Assembly (NCBI GenBank): GCA_038257335.1
Contig: JBBSJJ010000001.1
Location: forward strand, 2,589-66,588
Reading direction: 5' to 3'
DNA: 64,000 bases
From: Chitinophagales bacterium
GTDB taxonomy: Bacteria; Bacteroidota; Bacteroidia; Chitinophagales; Chitinophagaceae
In this document: in pieces, positions 45,073-55,326 of the stretch
How the letters are laid out: the number at the start of each line of letters is the position of its first letter
Numbering within the stretch: the stretch's first letter is position 1
Translations under genes and position numbers: made by a program
The notes under the pieces: model-generated
Database searches by the model: none
What the model saw: the letters and a program-made list of their open reading frames with translations, nothing else
Told to the model about the DNA's origin: nothing

Positions 45073-46152
45073 ATGAAATTTTCCATTCGTTATATCATGC
45101 TCTCCTTCCTGCTCGGCAGTGCTTCTATATTACCCGCACAAAAGATAACGGGTACATGGGAGGGCTTTATGGATCGGGAATTTATCCAGATTAACATTGA
45201 GCAAAAAGGCAATCAACTTTGTGGTTATACTTACGATCACGAGCTCATGAACAGGGCTAGCCATTGCATAGCAAGCTTTGATGGAAACTACGATCCGGAA
45301 AGCAAATTATTCTTCATCTCAGGCAAAAAAATTATTGAGAACAGTGGGAGCCATGTGCGCATGCGCATGATGTTAGCTTTTGCAAAAGAGGAGGGCAGAA
45401 CCATTCTGATAGGCCAGGTATCCACCGAACCGGCCGGGGGGTTTTTCCAGGGCAGGGTAGATATGAAACTAAGCAGGGTGTCGCCCCGAGCGCAACAGCT
45501 GCAGGGTATGATGGAGCCTTGTTTCCCCAATCCGCCCCGGCCGGCAGTAAAACAACCAGTTACAAGGGTGCCGGCTGTAAAGCCGCCTGCAGCCACAGCT
45601 AAACCAATACCTTCTAAGCCAAAGCCGGCTATCAATCAGCCAGTCTCTCCGCCAGTGGTTAAAAAGTTGCCACCCGGGCCGCTTCCTGCTCCAGGCAAGA
45701 AGCCAATTCCTATAGCAACCGACACTATCTTAACGACCATTGTCAAAAGGCCACAGGCCGGCACGGCGCTGCCCAACAGAGAAATTGTGCAGAGCATGAA
45801 GTTGAGAAAGAAGTCGGAACAGAACCGGCTGGAAGTGAACGTAAAAAAAATTAACCTTAAAGTGTACGATAATGGAGTAGTAGACAACGATACAGTTTCA
45901 ATTTTTTACAACGGCCAGTTGTTGCTGAGTCACCAGCGCCTTTCTGAAACTGCCCTGGAGTTTAATATAGAACTGAAGGATGGGTTTGAAAGGCATGAAA
46001 TAATTATGTATGCCGAAAACCTGGGAAGCATACCGCCCAACACCGCATTGATAGTAGTAACAGCCGGTGATAAAAGATACGAACTCCGCTCTAAGGCCAG
46101 CCTTGAAGAAAATGCTGTGCTAATTATTACCTACAAACCAAAACCGTTTTAG
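45073..46152 (+). CDS. Secreted hypothetical protein with a Pro-rich linker; paralog of 18659-19729
   Basis: Signal peptide and VYDNGVVDNDTVS...MYAENLGSIPPNTAL. Confidence 0.8.
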   Translation: MKFSIRYIMLSFLLGSASILPAQKITGTWEGFMDREFIQINIEQKGNQLCGYTYDHELMNRASHCIASFDGNYDPESKLFFISGKKIIENSGSHVRMRMMLAFAKEEGRTILIGQVSTEPAGGFFQGRVDMKLSRVSPRAQQLQGMMEPCFPNPPRPAVKQPVTRVPAVKPPAATAKPIPSKPKPAINQPVSPPVVKKLPPGPLPAPGKKPIPIATDTILTTIVKRPQAGTALPNREIVQSMKLRKKSEQNRLEVNVKKINLKVYDNGVVDNDTVSIFYNGQLLLSHQRLSETALEFNIELKDGFERHEIIMYAENLGSIPPNTALIVVTAGDKRYELRSKASLEENAVLIITYKPKPF

Positions 46153-46196
46153 AGATACAATTCTGCCTATATTTGGTATCTGAAACTAATTTACCA

Positions 46197-47063
46197 ATGA
46201 CTAAGAGCCGGGTGGGCTGTTTACTTGCCTGTATATTTTTACTGTTTGCCTTGCCTTGCTTTTCGCAAAAGCGTTTTTTTACAAGTTTTTTTGGCGGCAT
46301 TTCAAATTATAGGGGAGACCTTGGAGGTACCGCTTTGACTGTAAGTACCAGCAGACCCGCTGGCGGCATTGGAGCTGTGTTTGAATTAAACCACCGCATG
46401 CTCATTAGGGCAGAAATGAACTACGGAAACATAAATGGCTCTGATAGGTACGATCCGAAAACCAGTAGCAGAAACCTCAGTTTTAGTTCTAACATAACCG
46501 AGTTTTCACTACTATTCGAATACGTGCTTTTTGATTTGTATGAGTACAAGGTTTCTCCATATTTTTTTGCCGGCGTGGGCACATTTAAGTTCAGCCCCTT
46601 TACCACCAATAAGGCCGGTAACCGCATTTACCTTGCCGAGCAGAGCACGGAGGGGCAGGGCTTTTATAAAAACAGGAAGGATTATAAGTTAACGCAACTA
46701 GCCCTCCCTTTTGGCGGGGGTATGCAGTGGGCCCTGTCTGCCAATAAGCGTTTGGCTTTTGAAATTGGCATCCGAAAAACCTTTACCGACTACCTCGATG
46801 ATGTGAGTACAACTTACATTGATCCTGTGCTGCTGGCACAAAAAAGAGGCGGCACCGCCGTAACAATGGCCTACCGGGGAGCAGAGTTGCCAAATGCAGC
46901 ACCTTATCCCGCTGAGGGTAGCATTCGTGGCAACCCCAATAATAAAGATTACTATGTTTTTACGGGCCTTAGTTTCAGACTCAGTCTGCAATCAAAGGGA
47001 AGGAAGCGAGCATACAAATACAAACCAAAAACAGCCCCTACCAGTTGTCCCTCACTTTTTTAA
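46197..47063 (+). CDS. DUF6089/PorT-like outer-membrane beta-barrel protein
   Basis: GISNYRGDL, PFGGG and RKTFTDYLDDVS...GNPNNKDYY motifs. Confidence 0.78.
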   Translation: MTKSRVGCLLACIFLLFALPCFSQKRFFTSFFGGISNYRGDLGGTALTVSTSRPAGGIGAVFELNHRMLIRAEMNYGNINGSDRYDPKTSSRNLSFSSNITEFSLLFEYVLFDLYEYKVSPYFFAGVGTFKFSPFTTNKAGNRIYLAEQSTEGQGFYKNRKDYKLTQLALPFGGGMQWALSANKRLAFEIGIRKTFTDYLDDVSTTYIDPVLLAQKRGGTAVTMAYRGAELPNAAPYPAEGSIRGNPNNKDYYVFTGLSFRLSLQSKGRKRAYKYKPKTAPTSCPSLF

Positions 47064-47117
47064 AAGTGTACTTTCAGCGCCGCTGATAGCTTTGTAAGTT
47101 GCCATCTGCACACTGTT

Positions 47118-49001
47118 TTACTTTGCATCTATCTCAATATTGATCAACTCCGGTTTCTTTGCCAAATACTGTGCACTTTCCACGAGCCTGATAAATTCCC
47201 GGCGGTAGCCTTCTTTATCATAACTCAAAGCATTGCCCGCCGATCGCAAAACAGAAGCATAAGAAGCGCCCGCTTTGAAGGCTGAGTTGCGCAGCAGTAT
47301 TCCAAATTCTGCCACGGCCGCTGCAAAACGAAAGTTCTCCGAAGCTTGCCCAGATTTCTTTTGGCTGTAAAGCAAAGGATGCACCATCAGCATACTTTTT
47401 TCATCACCCGGCGTTTTATAACGGAACTTAATCGTCATCATTTCGTTGGCTAAGTCACTCACTGCAGCAGTTCCATTTTTCTGATATTTTAGGGGATCTA
47501 CGTTTTTAAGAAAGCTACTTTGTACTCCTATCGGTATGATCTCGTACAATGCTGTGACGGTATGCCCGCTGCCAAGATCGCCGGCATCTTTTTGATCGTC
47601 GTTAAAATCTTCTTTGTTCAGCATACGATTCTCGTAGCCCACCAGGCGATATCCTTGCACGTGGGCGGGGTTAAATTCTACCTGCAGTTTCACATCTTTG
47701 GCAATGGTAAATAAAGTGCCACCAAATTCGTTTATCAAAACTTTTTTAGCTTCACTCATGCCATCAATGTACGCATGGTTGCCATTGCCTTTATCGGCCA
47801 GTTTTTGCATTTTATTGTCTTTGTAATTGCCCATGCCGTAGCCCAGCACCGTTAAATAAATGCCCGAATTTCTTTCCTCTTCTATGAGTCTTTCCATAGC
47901 ATCGTCGCTGCTCATGCCTATGTTGAAATCGCCATCGCTGCATAGTATAACCCGGTTGTTGGCATTGGCCTTAAAATTTTCACGGGCTGTTTTATACGCC
48001 AGTTTAATGCCGGCGCCCCCGGCAGTAGAACCACCTGCACTTAATTTTTCCAGCGCATCTTTTATGGCTGTTTTATTTTGGCCACTCGTGGGCGGCAACA
48101 CAAGGCCGGCAGCCCCTGCATATACAACGATAGATACTTTGTCCTGTTCCCGCAACTGCTCTGTAAGCATTTTCAACGATGCCTTTACGAGGGGAAGTTT
48201 ACCCGCACTTGCCATAGAACCTGAGACATCTATCAGGAATACAAGGTTTGAAGCTGGCAGATCATCCACAGGTATTGTTTTACCCTGCATGCCTATGAGT
48301 ACCAATTTGTGTTGGCTGTTCCACGGGCAATCGTTCATTTCTGTAGTAAAAGAAAATGGTACATCTTGCTTTGGTTGAGGGTAGTCGTACTGAAAATAAT
48401 TAATCATTTCCTCTACCCGTACTGCACCGGCAGGTGGCACCTGGCCGGCATGCAACATGCGCCGCACATTGCTGTAGGAAGCCGCATCTACATCAATCGA
48501 AAAAGTAGAAAGCGGATTTTCTGCGGATGTACGGAAAATATTTTCATGGATATAATCGTAGCCCTCAGTATTGTATGGGTCCTGATAATAGTCTTGTTTA
48601 TTTTCGAAAGCAAGGATAGGCCTTCCCATGGCAGCCACGGCACTCGTTTGATGGGTTTTGCGTTTTTGGCCATAGCCTGTTATCACAACCTCATTCACTT
48701 TCGGCGAAGCAAGCTGTAGGGTTAGACTCAGGTTGGATCTTCCTTTTATTGGTTCCTCCCGGGCCTCATAGCCTGCAGCTTCAAAAACAAGTGTAGCATT
48801 TTGACTGGGCGCCGTTATTTTGTAATAGCCGTGTAAGTCTGCAGACACTGCTGTGCCGCCTTCCTTGACCTTGATGTTTACAAAGGGTACCACGTTGCCC
48901 TTGGCGTCTGTAATGGTTCCACTTACGATAAAATTATTTTTTTGAATAAAGCCCAGCATGGCAACAACCAGCGGCAGGAGCAGTAATAATATTTTTTTCA
49001 T
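47118..49001 (-). CDS. VWA-domain protein (YfbK-like, DUF3520 C-terminus) with a carboxypeptidase-regulatory-like N-domain
   Basis: STFSIDVDAASY, RVEEMINYF, FLIDVSGSM (MIDAS), SDGDFNIG, GYENRML and FAAAVAEFG. Confidence 0.9.
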   Translation of the reverse strand: MKKILLLLLPLVVAMLGFIQKNNFIVSGTITDAKGNVVPFVNIKVKEGGTAVSADLHGYYKITAPSQNATLVFEAAGYEAREEPIKGRSNLSLTLQLASPKVNEVVITGYGQKRKTHQTSAVAAMGRPILAFENKQDYYQDPYNTEGYDYIHENIFRTSAENPLSTFSIDVDAASYSNVRRMLHAGQVPPAGAVRVEEMINYFQYDYPQPKQDVPFSFTTEMNDCPWNSQHKLVLIGMQGKTIPVDDLPASNLVFLIDVSGSMASAGKLPLVKASLKMLTEQLREQDKVSIVVYAGAAGLVLPPTSGQNKTAIKDALEKLSAGGSTAGGAGIKLAYKTARENFKANANNRVILCSDGDFNIGMSSDDAMERLIEEERNSGIYLTVLGYGMGNYKDNKMQKLADKGNGNHAYIDGMSEAKKVLINEFGGTLFTIAKDVKLQVEFNPAHVQGYRLVGYENRMLNKEDFNDDQKDAGDLGSGHTVTALYEIIPIGVQSSFLKNVDPLKYQKNGTAAVSDLANEMMTIKFRYKTPGDEKSMLMVHPLLYSQKKSGQASENFRFAAAVAEFGILLRNSAFKAGASYASVLRSAGNALSYDKEGYRREFIRLVESAQYLAKKPELINIEIDAK

Positions 49002-49063
49002 AAACGTTATTTTTTAACCAGATGCGGCGCATTTGAACATTACACAAAGGGGCTGTTTTATTT

Positions 49064-49660
49064 TTGCATATTTTTGAAAAAGTGGCTTTTCTTACCAACA
49101 TACCTGCTCATAAGGACACAGATGATGTACTTGTTGCCCAATATAAGTCTGGCGGCAATTTACAGGTGCTATCTGACCTTTACCAGCGTTACATGGAACT
49201 GGTATATGGGGTATGCCTCAAGTATTTAAAAGATGATGAAGATGCGAAGGATGCCGTGCTGAACATTTACGAAGAGTTGATCTTAAAAGTTAGAAAGTAC
49301 GAGATCCAGCATTTTAAATCCTGGTTGTACCAGTTGGCAAAAAACCATTGCCTGATGCAGTTAAGGTCGGCTAAAAAATTTTCGAAGGCAACAGTAGATG
49401 TTTCACTTATGCAAAATGAAGAACCCGTGCATCTGAACGGTGTAATGGAAAAAGAAGAAAATTTTAAACACCTGGAATTTTGTTTGGCACAACTCGTGCC
49501 CGATCAAAAACAAGTAGTGTCATTATTTTACCTGGAGGGCAAATGCTACAATGAAATTGCAGACCTCACAGGAATTGAATGGAAGAAAGTGAGGAGCTTT
49601 ATACAGAATGGGCGAAGAAATCTAAAAATTTGTATGGATAAACAATTAGGTATATCCTGA
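49064..49660 (+). CDS. ECF-type RNA polymerase sigma-70 factor
   Basis: LYQRYMELVYGVCLKYL, DAKDAV, FKSWLY...NHCLM and CYNEIA...GRRNLK regions. Confidence 0.92.
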   Translation: MHIFEKVAFLTNIPAHKDTDDVLVAQYKSGGNLQVLSDLYQRYMELVYGVCLKYLKDDEDAKDAVLNIYEELILKVRKYEIQHFKSWLYQLAKNHCLMQLRSAKKFSKATVDVSLMQNEEPVHLNGVMEKEENFKHLEFCLAQLVPDQKQVVSLFYLEGKCYNEIADLTGIEWKKVRSFIQNGRRNLKICMDKQLGIS

Positions 49661-50910
49661 TGACAGAAGATCAATACCATAACAAGCAATGGGGCGTAGA
49701 CGACTTTGTACGCTATCACTCGCAGCAAATGACGAATGAGGAGCGGCATGCATTAGAGAAGGCCGCACTCGATGACCCCTTCCTGGAAGATGCCCTTGAA
49801 GGCTATGCCTTTGCCAGCACACCCGTAAAAAATATTGCAGAACTGAAGGAGAAATTACAACTCAAAAAAGAAAATACTAAGGTTGTGGTATTGCCTGCTC
49901 ACCGTAGTAACCAGTTTCTTAAAGTTGCTGCTATACTCCTGGTATTTGCAGGGCTTACCTGGCTGTTGTATCCCGGCAGCAAAAAGCCCTCAACCGAACT
50001 GGCAACTGTTACAAACCGTGCAACAGCTCCTAAATATAAGACTGACACTGCTGCGGACGCTGCAGCAATTTCACCAGCCGAACAGGCGGTGGCTGCAAAT
50101 GAAACAGGACCCTTAGGCAGTGGCGACAACCCTGCAAAGACTATTATTTCTGAAACGGAAAAGTCAACTAGTCGCACAGAAGTGAAAGAAAATAAAATTC
50201 GTAACATCGACCTTGCAACCAAAACTTCAGAAGATAAAGAAATGGTTTCAAGACAAGAAAAATCAGCACTGCCGGCTTTGAGTGAAACAAACATGAACAA
50301 AGCAGTGCCTTCAAATTTAATCAAAGGAAAGGTAGTAGACAACCAGGGCGCCCCCATACCATATGCAACGGTAACAGTGCCACAAAACAATACCAATGTT
50401 GCTTCAGACGTAAATGGGGTTTTCTTTTTAAGAAATAATCCGGAAACAAAAGTGCTGGCTCATGTAAATGCGCCTGGCTTTGAAACTGCCAACGCACCGT
50501 TAACTGCAGGAGCAGATGACAACAAAATTGTATTGCAGGAAAGCCCGCAGGCTCTGTCGGAAGTGGTGATTATTGGATACGGACAAACTAGAAAGAAATC
50601 AGTAACTACGGCTGGTACTCAAATAAAAGCGGATGATCTTAATAGACTCACGCTAAGCAATGTCCGCCCTTTGGGCCCGGATACAAACTTCATAGATGCT
50701 GTAAAGCAGCTCTCCGCAAATTTTAATACAGATACAACTGGCTATGTGCTGCTGAACTTTGATGTAGATGCATCTGGTAAAGCAAGGAACATTATGATCA
50801 GCAAATCTTTGTGTTCAAATTGCGATAAATTGGCTATTCAACTACTGCAACAAGTTCCAGCCCTTAGGCGTACCAACAAAAACAAACCTGTGGCACGCAT
50901 TTCTTTTTAA
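49660..50910 (+). CDS. Probable anti-sigma factor: N-terminal ASD, one TM, carboxypeptidase-like domain, TonB-C-like tail
   Basis: Overlaps the sigma stop. ERHALEKAALDDPFLEDALEGY N-domain, TM LKVAAILLVFAGLTWLL, and C-terminal VLLNFDVDASG...CDKLAIQLL. Confidence 0.75.
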   Translation: MTEDQYHNKQWGVDDFVRYHSQQMTNEERHALEKAALDDPFLEDALEGYAFASTPVKNIAELKEKLQLKKENTKVVVLPAHRSNQFLKVAAILLVFAGLTWLLYPGSKKPSTELATVTNRATAPKYKTDTAADAAAISPAEQAVAANETGPLGSGDNPAKTIISETEKSTSRTEVKENKIRNIDLATKTSEDKEMVSRQEKSALPALSETNMNKAVPSNLIKGKVVDNQGAPIPYATVTVPQNNTNVASDVNGVFFLRNNPETKVLAHVNAPGFETANAPLTAGADDNKIVLQESPQALSEVVIIGYGQTRKKSVTTAGTQIKADDLNRLTLSNVRPLGPDTNFIDAVKQLSANFNTDTTGYVLLNFDVDASGKARNIMISKSLCSNCDKLAIQLLQQVPALRRTNKNKPVARISF

Positions 50911-51095
50911 GTAGCCTATAATTTTTCTGTTTAACCATTTGTACTTCTCTTTTCATTTCCTTAACAGTTAATTTTAGGAGCTGCGTAAATCGCCTGTGAG
51001 CAAGGGTTTAGCGCCATTATTCTCTGAAATAATCCACGATATTTACGAATGGCACGGATATTGGTTAATTGCGTATAAATAAAAAATATTTAACT

Positions 51096-51752
51096 ATGAA
51101 AAAGATATTTCTTACTTGTGCAGTGGCAGCTTTAACCATATTTGCAACAGAGGCACAAACTAAAAAAAGCAAAAAAAGTAAAAAGGCTGTGGTTAGCACT
51201 GAGGCCAAACTAAACGCCGACATTGCTAAAATTAAAACAGAAAAACGAGTGGCTATGGAGCAGCAAAGGCTTGACCGTATGATGATAGATTCTACCCGTA
51301 GAGCTGACGAGGCCATGACAGAAATGTCTAAAGATTCTGCAAGGATAGCCTGGAAGGAACAAAAGTTGAGAGAAGTAGATAGCACCAACCAGGCCAACTG
51401 GAAGGATCAAATGGCGGACAAAGACCAGTGGTATGCTACGGAAAGAAGCCAGAAAGAAATAAATAAGGCTGCTAAATTAAGCGACAACCAGGGACGGCAG
51501 GTAAAAGCCATTAATGTTTCCTTTAATGCACAAGCAAAAGCCATAAAAGAAAATATGGAGTTGACGCAGGAACAACAAATGCAGCAGCTGGCGGCCTTAA
51601 ACGTTGAGAGAAGAGCTCAAATAAGGGCAGCAATTGGTAAGGGAGATGAAAGTAAATTGGAAAAAGAAAGAAAAAAATATATGACCACGCACACTGATGA
51701 TAAAGATTCTGCCTGGTTAAATGAAATTGCCGTAGTAGGTAACAAACAATAA
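51096..51752 (+). CDS. Secreted helical/coiled-coil hypothetical protein
   Basis: Signal peptide MKKIFLTCAVAALTIFATEA, highly charged helical composition. Confidence 0.75.
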   Translation: MKKIFLTCAVAALTIFATEAQTKKSKKSKKAVVSTEAKLNADIAKIKTEKRVAMEQQRLDRMMIDSTRRADEAMTEMSKDSARIAWKEQKLREVDSTNQANWKDQMADKDQWYATERSQKEINKAAKLSDNQGRQVKAINVSFNAQAKAIKENMELTQEQQMQQLAALNVERRAQIRAAIGKGDESKLEKERKKYMTTHTDDKDSAWLNEIAVVGNKQ

Positions 51753-51774
51753 AGGCCCTTTTGCAAACAAAAAT

Positions 51775-51808
51775 AGAGGCGGAATTGTACATGTACAATT
51801 CCGCCTCT
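51775..51808. terminator. 34-bp perfect palindrome between convergent genes (bidirectional terminator)
   Basis: AGAGGCGGAATTGTACA|TGTACAATTCCGCCTCT flanked by A and T runs. Confidence 0.8.
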
Positions 51809-51856
51809 TTATGTTTCAAATGAGCGGTTAAGCTCGTTTGATATTCGTTAAAATTT

Positions 51857-52642
51857 TTACTGATGCAAAACCAGGATTGGTAATTTGCTGTGGTACGTCA
51901 GCTTCTTAGTCCTGTTGTTAGAAAATAATTTGTCCATGAAACTATGGTCCTTCTGCACTGCAATGATGAGGTCAATCTGGCGATCATGCGCAAACAACTC
52001 GATTGCTTCGTCTGTATCAAATAAACGCATGAAGTAAAACTCCGGGTTGTACTCTGCCAACAACTCTTTTAAGTCCTGTTTTTCTTTTTCATACTTTTCG
52101 GTAAGGGAAATGTAATGATCCTTATCTACGTTTACAACGTGGAGTTTCGGATTATAAATGCTAAGGAATTTTTTGATGGGAACAGACGGGGTGGTGTTCA
52201 GCGTGTCTTTAAAATTGGAAGCCAACATTACGTTTTCCATTTTGGTAAAACTGGCATGCTCGGGAATGATAAGCACAGGGCAAGCTTTTGTTGCAGCCAT
52301 TTTTAGAGTATTGCTACCGAAAAGCACCTGGGCAATAGCGGCTTTACCCGTTATACCCATAATTACCAAATCTGCAGACCTGTGTCTCACTGCTCTTTCA
52401 AGGCCAGTCACAAAATCATCTTCTTTGTGGTTCAGTATCTCAATATCTAACGGATCTGTTTTTGTCAGATCCTGCTTCAAGGCTTCGAGGCGTTGAATGG
52501 TATTTTCGCCATCAGCATCTTTGGCATAGCTATGATAAATGATCATTTTCATGCCTGCTTCGCCTGACAAAAACCGGGCTGCATAAGCAGCTGCATTCAG
52601 GGATGTTTCTGAGAAATCGACCGGTACTATTACTGTTGTCAT
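51857..52642 (-). CDS. Universal stress protein (tandem USP domains)
   Basis: IVPVDFSETS, DLVIMGITG...LFGSNT...CPVLIIP and LPILVLH. Confidence 0.92.
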   Translation of the reverse strand: MTTVIVPVDFSETSLNAAAYAARFLSGEAGMKMIIYHSYAKDADGENTIQRLEALKQDLTKTDPLDIEILNHKEDDFVTGLERAVRHRSADLVIMGITGKAAIAQVLFGSNTLKMAATKACPVLIIPEHASFTKMENVMLASNFKDTLNTTPSVPIKKFLSIYNPKLHVVNVDKDHYISLTEKYEKEKQDLKELLAEYNPEFYFMRLFDTDEAIELFAHDRQIDLIIAVQKDHSFMDKLFSNNRTKKLTYHSKLPILVLHQ

Positions 52643-52858
52643 GTGTTACTAGTTTAAAATAATTGGTGTTTAAAAACTTTAACGACGCAAAGCCTTCGCC
52701 TGCATGTGAAAGTCTGCAAATATAAAGATTTTACAAAAAGTAAATTGCCTACCAGGCGAACATCCTCATATTAACCTTCCTATTGTTTGCAAAAACTAAA
52801 AATGCTCCAGGCCACATTAACACAATCTGGCCAAAGCAGTTAAGAATTAAAGAATCAT

Positions 52859-53053
52859 TTACTTGGTAGTATCTTTCAACTTTTCATCAAGCATTTTAGT
52901 ACTGTCTCTTATTTCTTTTTCACGCTGGTTTAATCCATCACTGGTGGAGTTTGCGTTTGTTTGATTGGTGGTTTTTTCTTCTTTTGTGCTGGTGGCTTCT
53001 GCGCACCCCACTGCTATAAAAGCAACCATGGCAATAGCAAGTAATTTTTTCAT
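52859..53053 (-). CDS. Small lipoprotein
   Basis: MKKLLAIAMVAFIAVGC lipobox. Confidence 0.7.
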   Translation of the reverse strand: MKKLLAIAMVAFIAVGCAEATSTKEEKTTNQTNANSTSDGLNQREKEIRDSTKMLDEKLKDTTK

Positions 53054-53104
53054 TTGTTTTTTTTTAAGGGTTTAATGTAGTTGGATGATAATAATGATTT
53101 TAAA

Positions 53105-53596
53105 TTAAAGCTTACCGCTGTTACATTCCACTTTAAGCAGTTCCGTGGATTGTGAAAAATCTACGGTTGCCGGATCTTCAAAAACCATCTTTCCGTTTTG
53201 ATCCTTCACGGGTCCGTATCCTTCTTTATAGCCCTGGGCTGTTTTTAAAAATATAACCTGTCTTAGAGACTCTACGCCTTCGCTCATAAAGGTATAGTCG
53301 GCAAGCAGCGTATCACCAGTCATTCTGCCAATGATAGCGCCAGTATTTTTATCCTTCGCTTCAGGCAAATAATTTAATGTTCCCTGCACTAAACCATCCT
53401 TTTCGGTAAGAGTCATTTCTACGATGCTATTTCCGGTTTTGCTCCTATAGCAGTTCTCGAGCGAGGCTGCCGGGGCTGTATTGGCAGAACTGTCCACCGA
53501 GTTCACTTTGCTTGTTTCATCAGTGGAAGTTTTTGGGTTAGTGCATGCCCCCATAAAAATCAATAATAAAGTACTTAAAATGTTTGAATTAATCAT
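53105..53596 (-). CDS. Lipoprotein of unknown function
   Basis: LLLIFMGAC lipobox and GDTLLADYTFMSEG motif. Start reassigned from 53665. Confidence 0.72.
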   Translation of the reverse strand: MINSNILSTLLLIFMGACTNPKTSTDETSKVNSVDSSANTAPAASLENCYRSKTGNSIVEMTLTEKDGLVQGTLNYLPEAKDKNTGAIIGRMTGDTLLADYTFMSEGVESLRQVIFLKTAQGYKEGYGPVKDQNGKMVFEDPATVDFSQSTELLKVECNSGKL

Positions 53597-53757
53597 AAAC
53601 AATATTTTCGTATAAAGGTTGATGAATTTGAGTAAGCTATGCAAGATATAGTCCGGTAGCTTCAAGACATTACCATTTCGAATTTAAAGATGCTTAAGCA
53701 AAAAGGCCGGCATAAATGCCAGCCTCCATGTTTATATCACAATACATTGCGAAGTTA

Positions 53758-54342
53758 TTAGTGTTTGTGTTTAAACAAATAGAAAACACCTACCTGGAAA
53801 CCCCTGTTTTTAATTTCATTGGCAGCAGATTCTGTAATATCTGTCAAACCAAGATTGTAACGGGCATCTACACCGAAACCAGAGGCAGGGTGTACATAGC
53901 TTAATCCTGCAGTAATGCCGAAGTCAACTGTTTTAAATTGATTCTTTACATCGATTTCAGTATTCCCGATTTCGGTTTTTGCATTCACTAAAAAACCAAC
54001 CTGTGGGCCTCCCTGAAGTCTAAAGCCGTTGTCAAACATGTACTGTAGCTGAACCGGTACGTTGATGTAACCCAACTTCAGATCAGAATCAACATTACCA
54101 GTTTTAAACTCTGCACCCTGGCCAGAGTACATAACCTCTGGCTGAAGGCTGAACTGCGGAGAAAGATGGATATGGCCCAAAAGACCACCGTTAAAATTCG
54201 TGCGGCTTTTGTAATTTTGATCTGGATCACTTTCCAGGTTAAATACGTTTAGACCTGCCTTGATTCCAAGATTCACGCTCTGTGCTGTTGCAGCTCCCGT
54301 CATCAATAGTGCTGCTAATGCAACGCTCAAATACTTTTTCAT
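53758..54342 (-). CDS. Porin-family outer-membrane beta-barrel protein
   Basis: GIKAGLN, LQPEVMYSGQG, YINVP, GGPQVGFLV and RYNLGL motifs. Confidence 0.88.
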   Translation of the reverse strand: MKKYLSVALAALLMTGAATAQSVNLGIKAGLNVFNLESDPDQNYKSRTNFNGGLLGHIHLSPQFSLQPEVMYSGQGAEFKTGNVDSDLKLGYINVPVQLQYMFDNGFRLQGGPQVGFLVNAKTEIGNTEIDVKNQFKTVDFGITAGLSYVHPASGFGVDARYNLGLTDITESAANEIKNRGFQVGVFYLFKHKH

Positions 54343-54592
54343 AGTAGTTTGTTTTAAATTTTTATATCAATTGAATGCCTTTTCTTTTTTTGCATTCTTT
54401 CACCGTTCTGCAAAAATGATTCCAATGTGCCAACATTGAAATATAAATGACGTAATGACTTCAAACCAAATTTTATGCGAAATAATTTACTCGGTTGGGT
54501 GGATGGCTACACACAACGGGCACTGTGTTCTAAGCATAAATAGCTGGAAAATTTTTCTTTGTCAGCATTGTAAAGCCCTGTCATATTAGGTA

Positions 54593-55099
54593 CTATACTG
54601 CTATCTCAAACAAACTTAAAAAAATTGCGCTGTAATGTTTGGGTAATTGCTTGCTGGCAGTGGGTGTAATGGTACCTAAAAAAGTAAAGCCGCATTTTGT
54701 ATAGTAATTGATGAGGGCTTCATTATCGCCCCAGGTATCCATTCTTATAAATTTTTTATTATTAGTTAATGCATGTTCTTTTGCCCATTCTATGATGTGC
54801 TTCACATATCCTTTGCCCCGGTACTGCGGATTGGTTACAATTCGGTGAATATAAATTGATGGTTCTTCATTTTTTTCTTTCCATATAAAAGGATCTTCAT
54901 ATGCTATGGCAAATATGCAAGCCACATCTTCGCCTTCTTTAATCTTCCATTGCCTGCCCTCGGCAATCTCCTGCTGCACCATTTCCCGGTCAAAGTCTAA
55001 CCAGTGCTTGTCAAATTTTGTTTTCTGAAAAGCCACAGCCTCGTCATATAATTTAAAAATAATTTCTATATCGTTGCATTCGCTATTGATGATTTTCAT
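54593..55099 (-). CDS. GNAT family N-acetyltransferase
   Basis: YIHRIVTNPQYRGKG and IRMDTWGDN..LINYY..CGF motifs. Confidence 0.88.
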   Translation of the reverse strand: MKIINSECNDIEIIFKLYDEAVAFQKTKFDKHWLDFDREMVQQEIAEGRQWKIKEGEDVACIFAIAYEDPFIWKEKNEEPSIYIHRIVTNPQYRGKGYVKHIIEWAKEHALTNNKKFIRMDTWGDNEALINYYTKCGFTFLGTITPTASKQLPKHYSAIFLSLFEIAV

Positions 55100-55326
55100 G
55101 GAGCGTTTTGTTGATGTTGTTTCCTGTTTTATTATAAATCTTTCGCAAGTTATACAATTACGCAACATTGTTTGAATGCTTCAAGCAGGTTTTCCTGCCT
55201 GAAGTATCGCTACTTTGCAGCAGCCTTGTAGCAAGCTGTTTAGAGCTTAAAGCAGTGCTTCAAACAAAAGCCTCATTTCAGCGCAAAATCCGTTATTTTT
55301 GCCGCCTAAAAGAAGATAAAGCGTAC

